A stretch of 64,000 nucleotides of DNA from Craspedostauros australis (taxonomy: Eukaryota). Of the stretch, positions 1 through 11,384 are shown piece by piece (the first letter of the stretch is position 1; the number at the start of each line of letters is the position of its first letter). Location of the stretch: contig JALAGF010003770.1 of NCBI GenBank assembly GCA_030167865.1, positions 1 to 64,000 of the forward strand, read 5' to 3'. Under the pieces are notes generated by a model, which saw only the letters and a program-made list of their open reading frames with translations, was not told where the DNA came from and did no database searches. Made by a program: the position numbers and the translations under genes.

Positions 1-2804
1 TCGATCTCTCCTGTGGTTGGGTTGCGCACCAAGTTGTTGGTGTGCACCCTTCCGTAGGACTCGATGGAGAGAAAGTCGTCCAAGGCTTCGTTGAATGTGC
101 GACCTGGCATGTCGGCATCGGTCTCGTTGCGGTACGCCAAGAAATCCGTCAGCCAGAACGCGGCTGGAGGTCCAACGACGAACGGATGATTGTGCACCAT
201 GTCGTCGATGAAGTCGTACATCTGCTTCTGGATGCTGGGGTCGGAGACATCGATGTCGCGGAAGTAGAAGTTGGAAAGACCGGCCAGAGCCGTCGGGCTG
301 TACATCGGTTCGGCCTCGAGGAACTGATCGGCATAGGATCCCTTCGGGGTGAGCATAGTGTAGTCAAAGAGTTTCTCGATCTGCGTTGCGCTCCATACTG
401 CCATCGCAAAGAGAACTGCGAATCCCATCAGCACTAGCACCTTCGTGATGGGGTGCAGGAGGATCTCGATGTACGTGTCGATGACCTGATTGGTCCATGG
501 CTGCTCGGCCACGTCGACATCGGGATCGGTGTTACGATTTTCTGGCTCGCGGCTCGGCCGAAGTGCCCGCGAAACAGCGTCCTTCACGTCGCCGAAATCC
601 TGATTGACGGCCATCCTGAGACGGGACCTGCGGCCGAGCGGCTGGCGGTCTCCATGCAAATCGCCAAGGCCTTGGTCCATTCTGTTCCATTCCTCCTTCG
701 CCGATACGCTATTGGCTGAGGAGTGTAAATTGTTGTCCTCGTCGCTTTCCGACGAGGCAGCGAAGTTGGATACACCTGTTGCAGATGTTTCTCCATGCCG
801 TGCCACATCGTCGGGACGGTGCTTGACGCAGAAGAGGCAATCGTAGCGACGATTCAAGATACGGCGGTGGTTCAAGGACACCAAGGCCATGAAGAAGGTG
901 ATCTGGTACACGAAGTCCACGAAGATGGTGATGGCTGCGTAGATGCACATCCAGCGGATCGCTGGGATGTCGCACAGCGCGCCGATACCGAATGCGGCAA
1001 CGTTCGTCATGGTGGTGGTGAGTATGGTCATTCCGGTCGCCGTGATGATCTCCTCGACCAGACCTTCCATCGAGACGTTCTTGCTTTCGCCGTACGTCAT
1101 CTCGTTGAGCTGGCGCTCGTAGGCACCCCAAATGATGAAGGCATCGTCCAGACCGATGCCGAAGATGATGATGGGCAGGGCCAGGGTCAGCGAGGTGAAT
1201 GGGAGCTGGAAGAGACTGCTGATGCCGTAGCCTGCCATGATGCTGAGCATGATGGTGATCATGGCTCCCAGGCCAAGGATGCCGCTGGAATGGACGAAGC
1301 GGGACTGTTCGACCTTGTGCTTTCCGAAGCGGGTGAAGATGAGTGTTGAGATGATGCCCATCAGGACGAACGTGCCGCCAGCCAGAGGAACATCCTTCAG
1401 CATGCCCTCCGTCACCGCCATCGTGATGGTCGTGGTCGTGATCGTCTCGCAACGGTAAACGTGGCCTTCGGAGCCTGCTTGTTGAGCCGTGACATCGGCA
1501 CCAGTCTTCACCCAATGCCTGTCGAGGGCTTCGGCCTCATCTGTTATCTCCGCGTCGAGATTCATGTACTTTTCTTCCTCTAGCACATAAGGCACGAACA
1601 ACTCGATTTTGTATGCATTGAGGAAGGACAAGGATGATTGGGCCTGCTTCTCGGCTTCTTCGTTGCTTGCTGTAGAAGCATGAACCGGTGACGGCGAGAA
1701 GATCCGGATTTGTGGCACACGCCAACCATCGGGGAAGTACTCTTGAGAGATTGTGTCGGAGAGATCCTGGTTGATCAAATTCATCACGTACGCATCCGCG
1801 CCTTCGCTACCAGCATTGCTTTTGTCAATCGAGGCGGCCACGGACTCGATGTACTCCTCAAAGGCGGCCCTGTTGTCTGGGAGTCCCCAGAATCTGGTGA
1901 CTCCAACGAAGATACAGAAATCTTGGTCACCGGAAGCAAGAGTGGTGTTCGCATCGCCAGTTTCTCCGATGTTCTCGTCCACGTTCGCAGATGATGGATT
2001 ATCCAACATGTACTGGCGAGGTATGTCGATGCACATCGCGCGATAGCCATCAGTGCGTTGGATCGCTTGGATAGCGTCGTAGACATGGTTGATGCCATTG
2101 ACCGAAAGGATGTTGTCGTCGGGGCTGTCCGTGTGGATGATCATGGAGGTAATGCGTCTCTTGGGGAAGGACGACGCAGCGCCAAACTGCTGCCTGTCCA
2201 CCCATTCGCTGTCGCGCCTCGCCGGGCCGTTACGCGGCGCCCAGAGGGACATTCCATCGTTATCGACGTAGAAGGATCCCGTGAGAACGGAGATGCAAGG
2301 GATTGCGATGCTGATGATCGTGAGGAAGGCAATGCAGCAGATCGCGTTGTTGGTGGCCGCCAGAGCAAGCGGAATGATCACCTTGCGCATGATAACTCCA
2401 TCGACTTTCATGATCCCGCGGGAATAGCGGTAGGCCATGGTGAGTTGTTTCACAGATCGGCGAACCAACGATTCGCGTCGTGGTCGGGCGCTGATGGGTG
2501 CAGAGCCATCCTCTTCTGCCATATCCCTTGGCGACAACGAGCGGCTCGACCTGAAGCTCCAACGCCACGAGGAGCTGGATCTCATGTCTTGGCGTCGACA
2601 CTCGATTTCTCCACCTGTCTCTTCGTCACCGCCGTCGATCAGGTCCGCGCCGGCGAAGCAGACCTTGGCCTGGGCCTGGGCGTCAGTTTTTTGGTTGGAC
2701 GACGCATCCGAAACACAGCTGTTGCTGCCGGAGCCTTCGAGGCTGGCTGTGCCGGTCTTGGCATCCGCTGTGGAGGCAGAAGGGATGGACGCTTTGTCTG
2801 GCAT
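1..2804 (-). CDS. Patched/NPC1-like RND-superfamily membrane protein with sterol-sensing domain (3' end lies beyond the window)
   Basis: Absent from the ORF track because no stop codon falls in the window. Manual translation from the ATG at 2804 (MPDKASIPS...) stays in frame to the window edge. It shows TM1 (AICCIAFLTIISIAIPCISVL), a lumenal loop, and a 5-TM SSD with LPIIIFGIGLDDAFII (GxxxDD) and TILTTTMTNVAAFGIG...IPAIRWMCIYA...DFVYQITFFMAL. A further TM (KVLVLMGFAVLFAMAVW) and a second lumenal loop (FWLTDF) follow. Confidence 0.85.
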   Translation of the reverse strand, partial: MPDKASIPSASTADAKTGTASLEGSGSNSCVSDASSNQKTDAQAQAKVCFAGADLIDGGDEETGGEIECRRQDMRSSSSWRWSFRSSRSLSPRDMAEEDGSAPISARPRRESLVRRSVKQLTMAYRYSRGIMKVDGVIMRKVIIPLALAATNNAICCIAFLTIISIAIPCISVLTGSFYVDNDGMSLWAPRNGPARRDSEWVDRQQFGAASSFPKRRITSMIIHTDSPDDNILSVNGINHVYDAIQAIQRTDGYRAMCIDIPRQYMLDNPSSANVDENIGETGDANTTLASGDQDFCIFVGVTRFWGLPDNRAAFEEYIESVAASIDKSNAGSEGADAYVMNLINQDLSDTISQEYFPDGWRVPQIRIFSPSPVHASTASNEEAEKQAQSSLSFLNAYKIELFVPYVLEEEKYMNLDAEITDEAEALDRHWVKTGADVTAQQAGSEGHVYRCETITTTTITMAVTEGMLKDVPLAGGTFVLMGIISTLIFTRFGKHKVEQSRFVHSSGILGLGAMITIMLSIMAGYGISSLFQLPFTSLTLALPIIIFGIGLDDAFIIWGAYERQLNEMTYGESKNVSMEGLVEEIITATGMTILTTTMTNVAAFGIGALCDIPAIRWMCIYAAITIFVDFVYQITFFMALVSLNHRRILNRRYDCLFCVKHRPDDVARHGETSATGVSNFAASSESDEDNNLHSSANSVSAKEEWNRMDQGLGDLHGDRQPLGRRSRLRMAVNQDFGDVKDAVSRALRPSREPENRNTDPDVDVAEQPWTNQVIDTYIEILLHPITKVLVLMGFAVLFAMAVWSATQIEKLFDYTMLTPKGSYADQFLEAEPMYSPTALAGLSNFYFRDIDVSDPSIQKQMYDFIDDMVHNHPFVVGPPAAFWLTDFLAYRNETDADMPGRTFNEALDDFLSIESYGRVHTNNLVRNPTTGEI

Positions 2805-4271
2805 GGTGAGGGCTTAGGGTTCGTGCTGTTTTGGAGTATTGTGAAGTAGTATGCATGCACTGGTATGAGTATGGCACTGATACTACGATCTGTGTCGACG
2901 TTTGGCAGATTGCTTCGAGTGTTGGAGGGTCCGGAATGTGCGAGAGCCAGTGTGGTACGGTGGATGATGGCGAATTGGTTGACAGTACGAGTACTATGTG
3001 TCTGTAGAATCTCGCGTCAACGGTGGTGGTTGCTGCACTTGATTTAACTGTGTGAAGACTTGAGATGCTGAGCGTCTTCGCTGGTGGCAACAACGAATTA
3101 TGAAGCGAGAGGTATCATGGCTCGTGAAAATCGTACGCCACTCAGACGATCTACTCCAGCATTTCGTGCTGCCGTCGCAAACAGTTGGAAGAGAAGATGG
3201 TTTTAGCTCTCTCCACCAACGGAGAGGGCACTAGCCCCAACCAATTGGGCACAATCGAACCTGCACATAGGGTAGATCGTAGTAGCTGAGATCTGTGACA
3301 AACTGCAGAGCATTGTAGAGCAGTTCGCTTGCGAATTGTCGTATTCTGCCTGCGACAGTCTGCGCATTTCTCGAGTATCACTGCGCCGCACGCTTGGTTG
3401 ATTTCAGACACATGCGCGAATGGGGCATGATCGTACCACCACGCACATCGTGCCACGCTGCGTGGGGTGCACCGCGAGCACATTTTGGGCCGTCGTTTGT
3501 GCGTCATAACTCGAGGGGCCGTTGCTCGCGCTGAGGACAAGGATGACATGGCTTTCGTCTCCGAAGTGTGAACATTTCTGTGAATCATGCCTGGGCATGG
3601 GTAAAAGCTGCGCTATGTCATGGGATGCACGAGTGCACGAGGGGCATGACGCTCCATCATTGACATTGTGGACATCGGCAGAATAACTGAAGGCTTAATC
3701 ATGTGTGCTGGCGACCCCTCTCCATTGTCAGACCACGATCACAGATGATCAGATGGTCACGATGGTCCACGCACCAAAAGTGTTCCACCGGCGGGCAAAC
3801 GTCAGAATTCAGTCACCTTTGCCTTAGACTGTCCCAATGTGTGTCCTTCACAATTTTACCGAAGGTGTCCTGTTTATCCAACAAAGAAGTGGAGCAAATA
3901 CGTCTGCAATTCGTCAGTTCACTTAGTTGGAAAGAACGACCCCTTCGACCTTTCGACCTTTCGACAACACTGTTTCTTGTCACGACTGCTGAACCGTCAT
4001 CGCACCTTTTCTTGCTTGCTGCACCACCTCCAGATCTTCGTCGAGTGACATCTGTGGACGTCGGAGATGGTTGTTGCTGTGGATCCAATTCCTTCTTGCT
4101 TGTTCGTCTGCCTGGCGCGAGTGGAGGTCCACAAGAGAGCCTCTGTTCTTGCGACACCACCATTCTCACAACACGCAGGCGAAGAGAAGAAGTCGGGGCA
4201 ACGGAGCCATTTTCCATCATCCATCGCACGCCACAGGACTGTGCATTGCAGTGCAGCGTACTACTGAGAAC

Positions 4272-6200
4272 ATGGCACTGTTATCGAGAAGGTCGAACAT
4301 GATGCCGGCGTTGTTGGTGTTGGCGCTGTCGGTGGTGAGCCTCTTGGCGCCATCGAGCGCTCTGCTGATCCCCACCCCAACATCCAGCAGATCGTCCCTG
4401 CCTCAAGCGGGACCTTGCTGCCAGCCAGTCACAGTGGCGGCCTCCAGATCGGCCCTGTTCTCGGCCTCGGGTGGATCCACAAACCCAAGCGGCGGCAGCA
4501 GCGACGACGGCGGCAAGAAGCGCGGCAACAGGATCGTGCGCATGATGAAGGCCATCACGCAGCGCCTGGTGCATCTCGGCAAGATGCCGATCCGGTTCCA
4601 GGCGCGATTTCGCAAGCTGCCCAAGCGCGCCAAGATCCTGGTCTCGATGCAGATGCTCATCTTCTCGCTCCTGTGCGGCACCGTCTCTCGACAGGCCTAC
4701 CTGAGCATCACGGGCAACAGTGCGCAAGCCAGCAACAAGCCGCAGGTGGAGCTGCCGTACAGCACGTTCCTGGACCTCGTGGAGGCATCCTCGCCGCATT
4801 CCAAGCTGTCGAATGCACCGTCCAGTCCGGTCAAAACCTACGCCAACGCCTTTGGCAAGAAGGCGTCCATGAAGAGTCAGTTGTCTGTTGTTGTTGCTGC
4901 TGCTGCTTCGCCACCTGCTGCTTCAACTGCTTCACCACCTGCTGCTTCATCGTCATCGACTGAATCAACGCCCAGCATCGTTGTCGACAGCGTAAGAATT
5001 GGAACGGACAGAGTCGCCTTCCGATTGACAAAGCTGCCAGAAACAGAGAACGAATCGCCGGAGAGCGTCGTGGCGTACTCCATGAAGGTCCCCGCATCGC
5101 CGGAGTTGATGGGCACGCTCCGAGACAGCGAGATCCCCTTCGCCGCCATGCCTGTGGGTCGCGCCAACGCCGTCGGCACGGTCGTCCGCAGCTGCGTCTT
5201 GCTGTTCTATGCGCTCATCCTATTCCGCATGTACCGCGCCTTCAACGGCAACTCGGGCGGAGACTCGGGCGACACGCCGGGCAAGCTGGCATCCAGCGGC
5301 GGCACGCTGGCATCCTTCACGGACATCCAGGGCATCGACAACGCCAAGGCCGAGGTCATGGAGCTGGTCGACACGCTGCGCAATCCCAAGAAGTACGCCA
5401 TTCTCGGAGCGCGCGCACCCACGGGGTTGCTGCTGGAGGGACCGCCAGGAACCGGCAAGACCATGCTGGCCCGTGCCACGGCGGCCGCTGCCGGCGTTCC
5501 GTTGCTCTACTGCAGCGGCAGCGACTTCATCGAGATGTACGTCGGACGCGGTGCAGCGCGCGTGCGCAAGCTCTTCGAACGAGCCTCCAAGCTATCGCCG
5601 TGCATCATCTTCGTCGACGAGCTGGATGCGCTGGGCAAGTCGCGGGACTTCGGCGGCGGGTTTTCCGGACGCGGTGGCAACGACGAGGCCGAGCAGACGT
5701 TGAACCAGCTGCTGGCCTGCATGGACGGGTTGGATTCGACGAGACAGATCTGCGTGCTGGCGGCCACGAACCGCAAGGAAGTTCTGGATCCAGCGCTCAT
5801 CCGTCCCGGACGCTTCGACCGCATCGTCAAGCTCGAGCTGCCCGATGCCACGGGGCGCGAGAACATACTTCGCGTGCATACCAACAAGCTGCCGGGTTTC
5901 ACGGAATGCAGCGGCGTCGACGACAAGCGACCAGGTTCGTTGGGCAAGGGCGCTATGGTGGACCTGTCGGCCGTCGCGGCAGTCACGGAAGGTCTCAGCG
6001 GCGCGGAGCTTGAGTTCTTGGTCAACGAGGCGGCCATCCGGGCCGTGCGACGAGTCAGTTCCGCGCTTCAGCAAGGCAACGAGGACATCACGGCGCATGT
6101 CAAGGCGGAGGACTTTGAGACGAGTCTGAAGAATTTCTACGCCACCCGCAAGCCGCAAGAGGGTATCGTCGCCGATCTCATCAAGAATGTTTGGAAGTAA
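4272..6200 (+). CDS. FtsH-like AAA+ ATPase, probably plastid-targeted, lacking the M41 protease domain
   Basis: Walker A GPPGTGKT, pore loop MYVG, Walker B IIFVDE and SRH ATNRKEVLDPALIRPGRFDR are present. There are two TM segments and a signal peptide (LLVLALSVVSLLAPSSA-LL). The start is placed at the ATG at 4272; ATG 4299 is an alternative. Confidence 0.85.
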   Translation: MALLSRRSNMMPALLVLALSVVSLLAPSSALLIPTPTSSRSSLPQAGPCCQPVTVAASRSALFSASGGSTNPSGGSSDDGGKKRGNRIVRMMKAITQRLVHLGKMPIRFQARFRKLPKRAKILVSMQMLIFSLLCGTVSRQAYLSITGNSAQASNKPQVELPYSTFLDLVEASSPHSKLSNAPSSPVKTYANAFGKKASMKSQLSVVVAAAASPPAASTASPPAASSSSTESTPSIVVDSVRIGTDRVAFRLTKLPETENESPESVVAYSMKVPASPELMGTLRDSEIPFAAMPVGRANAVGTVVRSCVLLFYALILFRMYRAFNGNSGGDSGDTPGKLASSGGTLASFTDIQGIDNAKAEVMELVDTLRNPKKYAILGARAPTGLLLEGPPGTGKTMLARATAAAAGVPLLYCSGSDFIEMYVGRGAARVRKLFERASKLSPCIIFVDELDALGKSRDFGGGFSGRGGNDEAEQTLNQLLACMDGLDSTRQICVLAATNRKEVLDPALIRPGRFDRIVKLELPDATGRENILRVHTNKLPGFTECSGVDDKRPGSLGKGAMVDLSAVAAVTEGLSGAELEFLVNEAAIRAVRRVSSALQQGNEDITAHVKAEDFETSLKNFYATRKPQEGIVADLIKNVWK

Positions 6201-6347
6201 GGACGTGCATTTCTGGTGCTGCGAACCGCAAGCGCATAGTACTCTACGTCGGTGATAAGAATAGTATAGGGAGTACATAACACTACTTTGCTCGACTTTG
6301 CTATGGTTAGAATGCACGGGGCACTCGCTCCATAATTCTACTCTGCT

Positions 6348-7233
6348 CTATTTGTTCTTACCATCCGCATCATGCTTCGCGACAGCGTAACACGCCGACG
6401 ATAGCTGCATGACGTTGACGGCCTGCTTCATGACGCATCCCGGTATGCACAGGCAGAGGAACAGCACGATCGCATCGCGCAGCATCGTGCCGTCCTCGAC
6501 ATGCAGCAGCAGATAGGCGCAGACGTAGCTGAACTCGGCGCCGCAGCACAGGTACCCGAAGAAGTAATAGTACTTGTAGAACCATCGCACCAGGAAGTGC
6601 CGCCCCGTGTTGCCGTCCTCCGATTTGTGGTGCTGCCCCAGCGCGCACGTCGAGTACATCTGGCACCAGTGGGAGGATATGTCAAGCAGCGCCAATGCCA
6701 AGAATGTCTGCTCATCGTGTCATGTCATGTCATTGTGTTGGTTGCGTCGCGTCGCGTTGCAGAGTAAATGGAGGGATCGAGTGATAGATGGATGAGGCGA
6801 TGCAAATGTGAGCTTTTTGCATGATACCATAGGTACACACTGACATGAGCAAGACTATGGAATCAATCCAAGCAACCGCAGACAGAACACGCACCAACCG
6901 CAGAACGGGAAACCCGAACGTTCTTGCATCGTAGTCCTGATAATCCGCGCTGAGGATGAAGAGCAGCCCCATCGTGGAACACCGATCCGTGACCATGTCC
7001 AGCAATCCCCCGAACTCGCTCGTCTGATTGAGCTTGCGGGCGATGAGGCCATCGAACAGATCGCCGACGAAGCTGGAGATGTACAGCGCGATGGACAGCA
7101 GCCAATGCGACGGCGACGCCGTCATCAGCACGAAGCTGCCGATCGTGCAGATCACGCGGCCGTAGCCGATGAGGTTGGGGACGTAGAGCAGCACCTGTCC
7201 TGCTGTGGTGGTCGTCTTCGTGGGTGACTTCAT
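6348..7233 (-). CDS. PIS: CDP-diacylglycerol--inositol 3-phosphatidyltransferase (phosphatidylinositol synthase), 2 exons
   Basis: Exons 7233-6895 and 6707-6348 with a GT..AG intron. Motifs: VLLYVPNLIGYGR, the CDP-alcohol motif DLFDGLIARKLNQTSEFGGLLDMVTDR, and LDISSHW. Confidence 0.9.
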
Positions 7234-7483
7234 GGTGTTTGCTTGTGGAGTGTGGATGAATTGTGATACCCTCACATGGTTTCACTCATGCTCGGAGTTT
7301 GCGTCCTCCCAACAACAAGAATGCGACACGTCTCAAGTTGTGTTGAGTCTTGTTCGTGCCGAACGTCAGTTTTGTTCGCCTTTTGAGTCTAACTTCAATC
7401 GAAAGTCTACGGCTCCAGATCCACACAGCGGAGTGCTCACACATCACAAAAAGTACTCGTGCATACCACCACCACTATTAGAT

Positions 7484-10001
7484 TTACATCTTCAGAAGAC
7501 TTTCCAGATCCTCGAGGTGCTCATCGACTTCATCCACATCAAAATCGCCAAAGTCGAGGTCGTCGTCGCCCACGTCCATGGACAGCATGGCTTCCATGTC
7601 ATCGAGGTCGCTCTTGGAGAGGACGTCGGCAGACGCATTCGATTGCGTTTCGGAAGGTGGTTGCTGCTGTTCTGACTTTTCGGTTGCGATGGAAGCGTCA
7701 CCGTCTTGCGCTGCGGGGCTGGCCTTGTCGTCGGCAACGGAGTTGTTGGCGGATGGGATGGGACTTTCAAACACGATGGTTTCCGTGCCCAGGTCCGCGC
7801 TGGTTTGCTGTGGTTTGTCGGTGTCATCCTCGTCGAGTGCATCCAATGCCTCCATGAGAGAATCGCGTCCCTTCTCGCTTTGTGCCTTCGTCTGCGATGT
7901 ATCGGTCACGCCGCCGCCCTTGGGCAAGAAATCGAGCTCGCCACCGATGCTGAACGTCTCCAACTCGGCCTCCTGCTTCGCTGCGCCGGCGGACGACGGT
8001 CCACCGCTGCCGCCGTCGACAGACGATTGGCCCTTCGTCTTGCCGTCCTTGCGCCGCTGCCCCACGGTCTTGCCAACATCCGAGTTGACATCGTCCGAAG
8101 AATGGGCCGCGTGCTCCTTGCGACGCGCAGCGATGACGTCCCAGAATTTGGATTCTCCCTGCAGCATGGTGTCGTACGAAGTTGCCTTGACGATGGCGGC
8201 CTGCCTCTTGCCAGCGGCGTCATCCTTGTCAGGCGCATCACCATGCGCTGCAGATGCATCCTCCAGATGTTTCGTGGCGGTCTCCGCATCCACCTTTTCA
8301 AAAATGAAATCCAAGAAGAAGTCGTCCGAAAACCGCTTGTCCGCGCACGCTCCATCCAGCTGGGACTTGGTCAACCGCATGACATTGGGTGGCACGTAGC
8401 CGGTGTGGAAGGCAGCTCGGAACATGGAAACGCGTTGCTTTTTGAACGTGAGATGTCGGCAGCGGATCAGGATGTCGCCCTGCACGATCTGGTCGACATG
8501 GAATGGGACCGGGCCATCGACGCCCTGGACGAAGGGCAGCTCCTCTTCCTTTTGATTGATATGCAACGTGGCGGCCGTGGTGAAAAGGAGCTCCCCGCCC
8601 TTGAAGATTTGCAGGTACGGTGCGCAACCCATGAGCTGCTCGTTGTCCGCATCGCTGCCCGTATTCTGACCGTCCTGTCCCTCTGGGCTTTCCCTCGCTG
8701 GGCCTTTGGCGTACTGTACCATAGAGTGCATAATTGTAGAGTGTGTATGTACATGTTTCACATGGAGGCACATGGGAATGAAGCCATGGTTGTGATGCAA
8801 TGCCGTAGCATACAAATGCAAGAATGAGAAACAGTGGTTACCCAGTCCAGATCCACGCATTCAAATCAGACGCATGTGAGGTAGCCACAGCCAGCAAGAT
8901 ACCATACAATGCAGCCACTCCAACTCTCAATACCAACGACAGCAACATACATACCTTCGGCGCGGTGCTCATAATGATGCGCTTGAGCAGGATGGGCGGC
9001 TGGGACGGTCGCACGCCATCCAGCATATTCTTGAAGTACGACGCATACCGCCGTTGCGATGGAATCGTGAGTTTTTCAGGCGACAGCTTCTTGCACTTCG
9101 CAATGTAGGCCAGCGCCTGCGTGATATCTCCGAACCCTGCCTCGCCCATCCAGGAGAGGAACGCCGCGAGGACGATGGATGTGCGGCCCTTTCCTGTGAG
9201 GCAGTGCACGACGGCGACGTTGCGATCATCCGCCTTCATCCAGTTCTCCATCGAGACGAGGAGCTTGAGCAGCAATCCCAGCGGCGGTGCTGGCGATCCG
9301 GGGAAGGAGAAGGTGAGCACCTGATCATCGAGGATGGAGAGGTCGTAGTTGACCTCGCTGAGGTTCCACACCAGATGCCTTCCATCATGGCGACGTTGCA
9401 GCAGATGGGAGATGGCCGCCAGCTTGCGCTGCGCCGTGATGTTGGGATTGGTGTTGCTGGCCATGGCAGGATGGCCCATCGTGATGATGCGGTCCGTGAT
9501 GTAAACGACCTCCGCGTCGCGCAGGGCCTCCACATCCAGCGGCAGGCCTGGGTCGCGCTTGTAGAAGTTGGCGCCTCGCTTCCCAGGCCCGAACGGCAGA
9601 TTCTGCTCCAGCCGCTGCTGCTGCATCTTGATGGCACCCTCCGTGGCCTCCAGCGAACGCTTGGTCGTTTCCACGACGGACGACCATCCCATCTTGAAGT
9701 TGTTGATCAGCTTTTCCTTCTCCGCATTGACATCCACGTTGGGGAGCTTGATTCCGTTGCCATTTGGGTTTGCCTTGTTGCTGTTGGCACTGCCGTTGTC
9801 GCTAGCGCCGCTGCGATTTGAAGCAGCGGCATTCTGTCCTGCCGAAGCACCGGCTCCTCCGGACCCATCGTGAGGCACGTTGAGATTGACCTTGCTCGCG
9901 GCCTGGGTGATGGAGTCACCGGCCTTCTCCATGACCTCCGTCAGGTTCTTGGTTGCCCCCGACAGACCCTTCTTCGCATTCTCCGCAAATGTCGACCACA
10001 T
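7484..10001 (-). CDS. PTEN/tensin-type phosphatase domain plus C2 domain protein, 2 exons
   Basis: Exons 10001-8955 and 8713-7484. Motifs: YITDRIITMGHPA, VWNLSE, VHCLTGKGRT and TIPSQRRY. C2-tensin motifs VQGDILIRCRH and MFRAAFHTGYV follow, then an acidic low-complexity tail. Confidence 0.85.
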
Positions 10002-10691
10002 CGTCACTCTTGCTGCTGTTCTATTGTGGAATATTATACTCGTGTTGCTCTGGAGCAATGTGGTGCGATAGCAATGGCAATGGCAGCGGCTACGTCCTAT
10101 CTTGTTGATCTTGCGGGTGCGGTGGATTCAATGATCGTGTTGCAACATCTCTCGACTCTCTTGGTCCTCACCCGTTTTGAACTGGTGTGTTCTGCGCGGC
10201 GGCGAACTGGTTTGTGTCATCTTCGCTTCGTCTTTTGGTCTTTCTTGATTTGAACAACGAGACGGAACGAAATTAATCGATCTAGTCAAGCCAATGTAAG
10301 ACTGGAACATGACTGAAACGCAATGATCAACCGTGCCAAATCGTGCGAACATGATGGAAGACAAACGCGAATCACGAGCAACAACGACGCATTTGCGTCC
10401 CACCAAGAATCGTTGTCGATCCTGATGTTGGTTGTGCCGCAGTTCTCTTCTCGTGAAGTCCACAACCTCCAAGAAAACAGCGACAGAGTGGATGGCAAAA
10501 TGATGACAAGGTGACGGCACGTCATACTACACACACTCGCAGAGTTGCTCAGGAGCTTGTCACAAACACGCATCAGTATTGTATCGTATCGTATCGTATT
10601 GTATCATATCGTACCAAGACGCCACAAATTTACATTTCATTCCTTACCCATCAACGAAGACAAAACCAACACCCAAAGATAGAGAACACAA

Positions 10692-11384
10692 ATGGCTCTG
10701 CAATCGGAGGGCCACAAGACCACGCAGAACTATGCCGTCGCCGTGGCGGCGATGAGCATCGTTCAGCTGCCACAAGGCGCGGGTCTTGACGGCATGGACT
10801 TTGCCGGATCGCCACCACGCGTGTCGCGCGTCGATGCCAATTCGCCGCTTGCCGATCAGATGGCGGTCGGCGATTACTGCCACGGCATCAGCATGCAAGG
10901 CGTCGACGTGGTGAATCTCAAGGACGCCCAACATCTCAAGGATCTCATTCGCCAGAATCAGCATGCGCCGAAGCGCGAACTGATGCTGTGTCAGACGCCG
11001 CACTATACGGATCCGTGCATACCGCCCGCGACGACACGTGCCATGCAGGTCCGATCCGCGCTGTACAAGATTCTGCTGCCGCCGACGATCAATCTAGGTT
11101 TCACCATGACGGGCTTTCCACCCTACGTGCATGACATCCACCAGGCCTCGCCTGTGCATGGGATAATGGTGCCGCATCAGACGGTTGTGGCATTGGTGGT
11201 TCCAGGGTACGAAGTCTTCAATCTGCAATCGGGTGGATTCACGAGCGCGAACCTGTTGCAACGATTGGAGGCAACGAGTCACATCGAGGGACGGCAGCTG
11301 GTGTTGCAGGAAGGCAGGACAGGGGTGCGCAACAAGGGCAGCAGCGATCCCATGGACTTGGATGGTTGCTGCATCATTCAGTGA
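10692..11384 (+). CDS. 230-aa protein with two degenerate PDZ-like repeats and a C-terminal CCaaX motif
   Basis: Internal repeats GMDFAGSPPRVSRVDANSPL and GFTMTGFPPYVHDIHQASPV, each ending in R-x-L-x-L (KRELML, GRQLVL). The protein ends GCCIIQ*. Single exon with coding-like codon usage. Confidence 0.6.
   Translation: MALQSEGHKTTQNYAVAVAAMSIVQLPQGAGLDGMDFAGSPPRVSRVDANSPLADQMAVGDYCHGISMQGVDVVNLKDAQHLKDLIRQNQHAPKRELMLCQTPHYTDPCIPPATTRAMQVRSALYKILLPPTINLGFTMTGFPPYVHDIHQASPVHGIMVPHQTVVALVVPGYEVFNLQSGGFTSANLLQRLEATSHIEGRQLVLQEGRTGVRNKGSSDPMDLDGCCIIQ

Noticed and set aside
709-2849. Several ORF-track entries (268 aa -, 184 aa +, 263 aa +)
   Set aside because: They are alternative-frame or antisense shadows of the Patched-like CDS, which the track misses because its stop lies outside the window.
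4877-4970. Compositionally distinct (gct)-rich tandem repeat inside the FtsH-like CDS, considered as an intron
   Set aside because: It stays in frame and encodes an ASPPAAS linker duplication, and I found no convincing donor/acceptor pair.
10576-10613. (ATCGT)n pentamer array; similar (GAGTA)n near 39770 and a 12-nt duplication near 55472
   Set aside because: These are ordinary microsatellites with no unique spacers, so not CRISPR-like.
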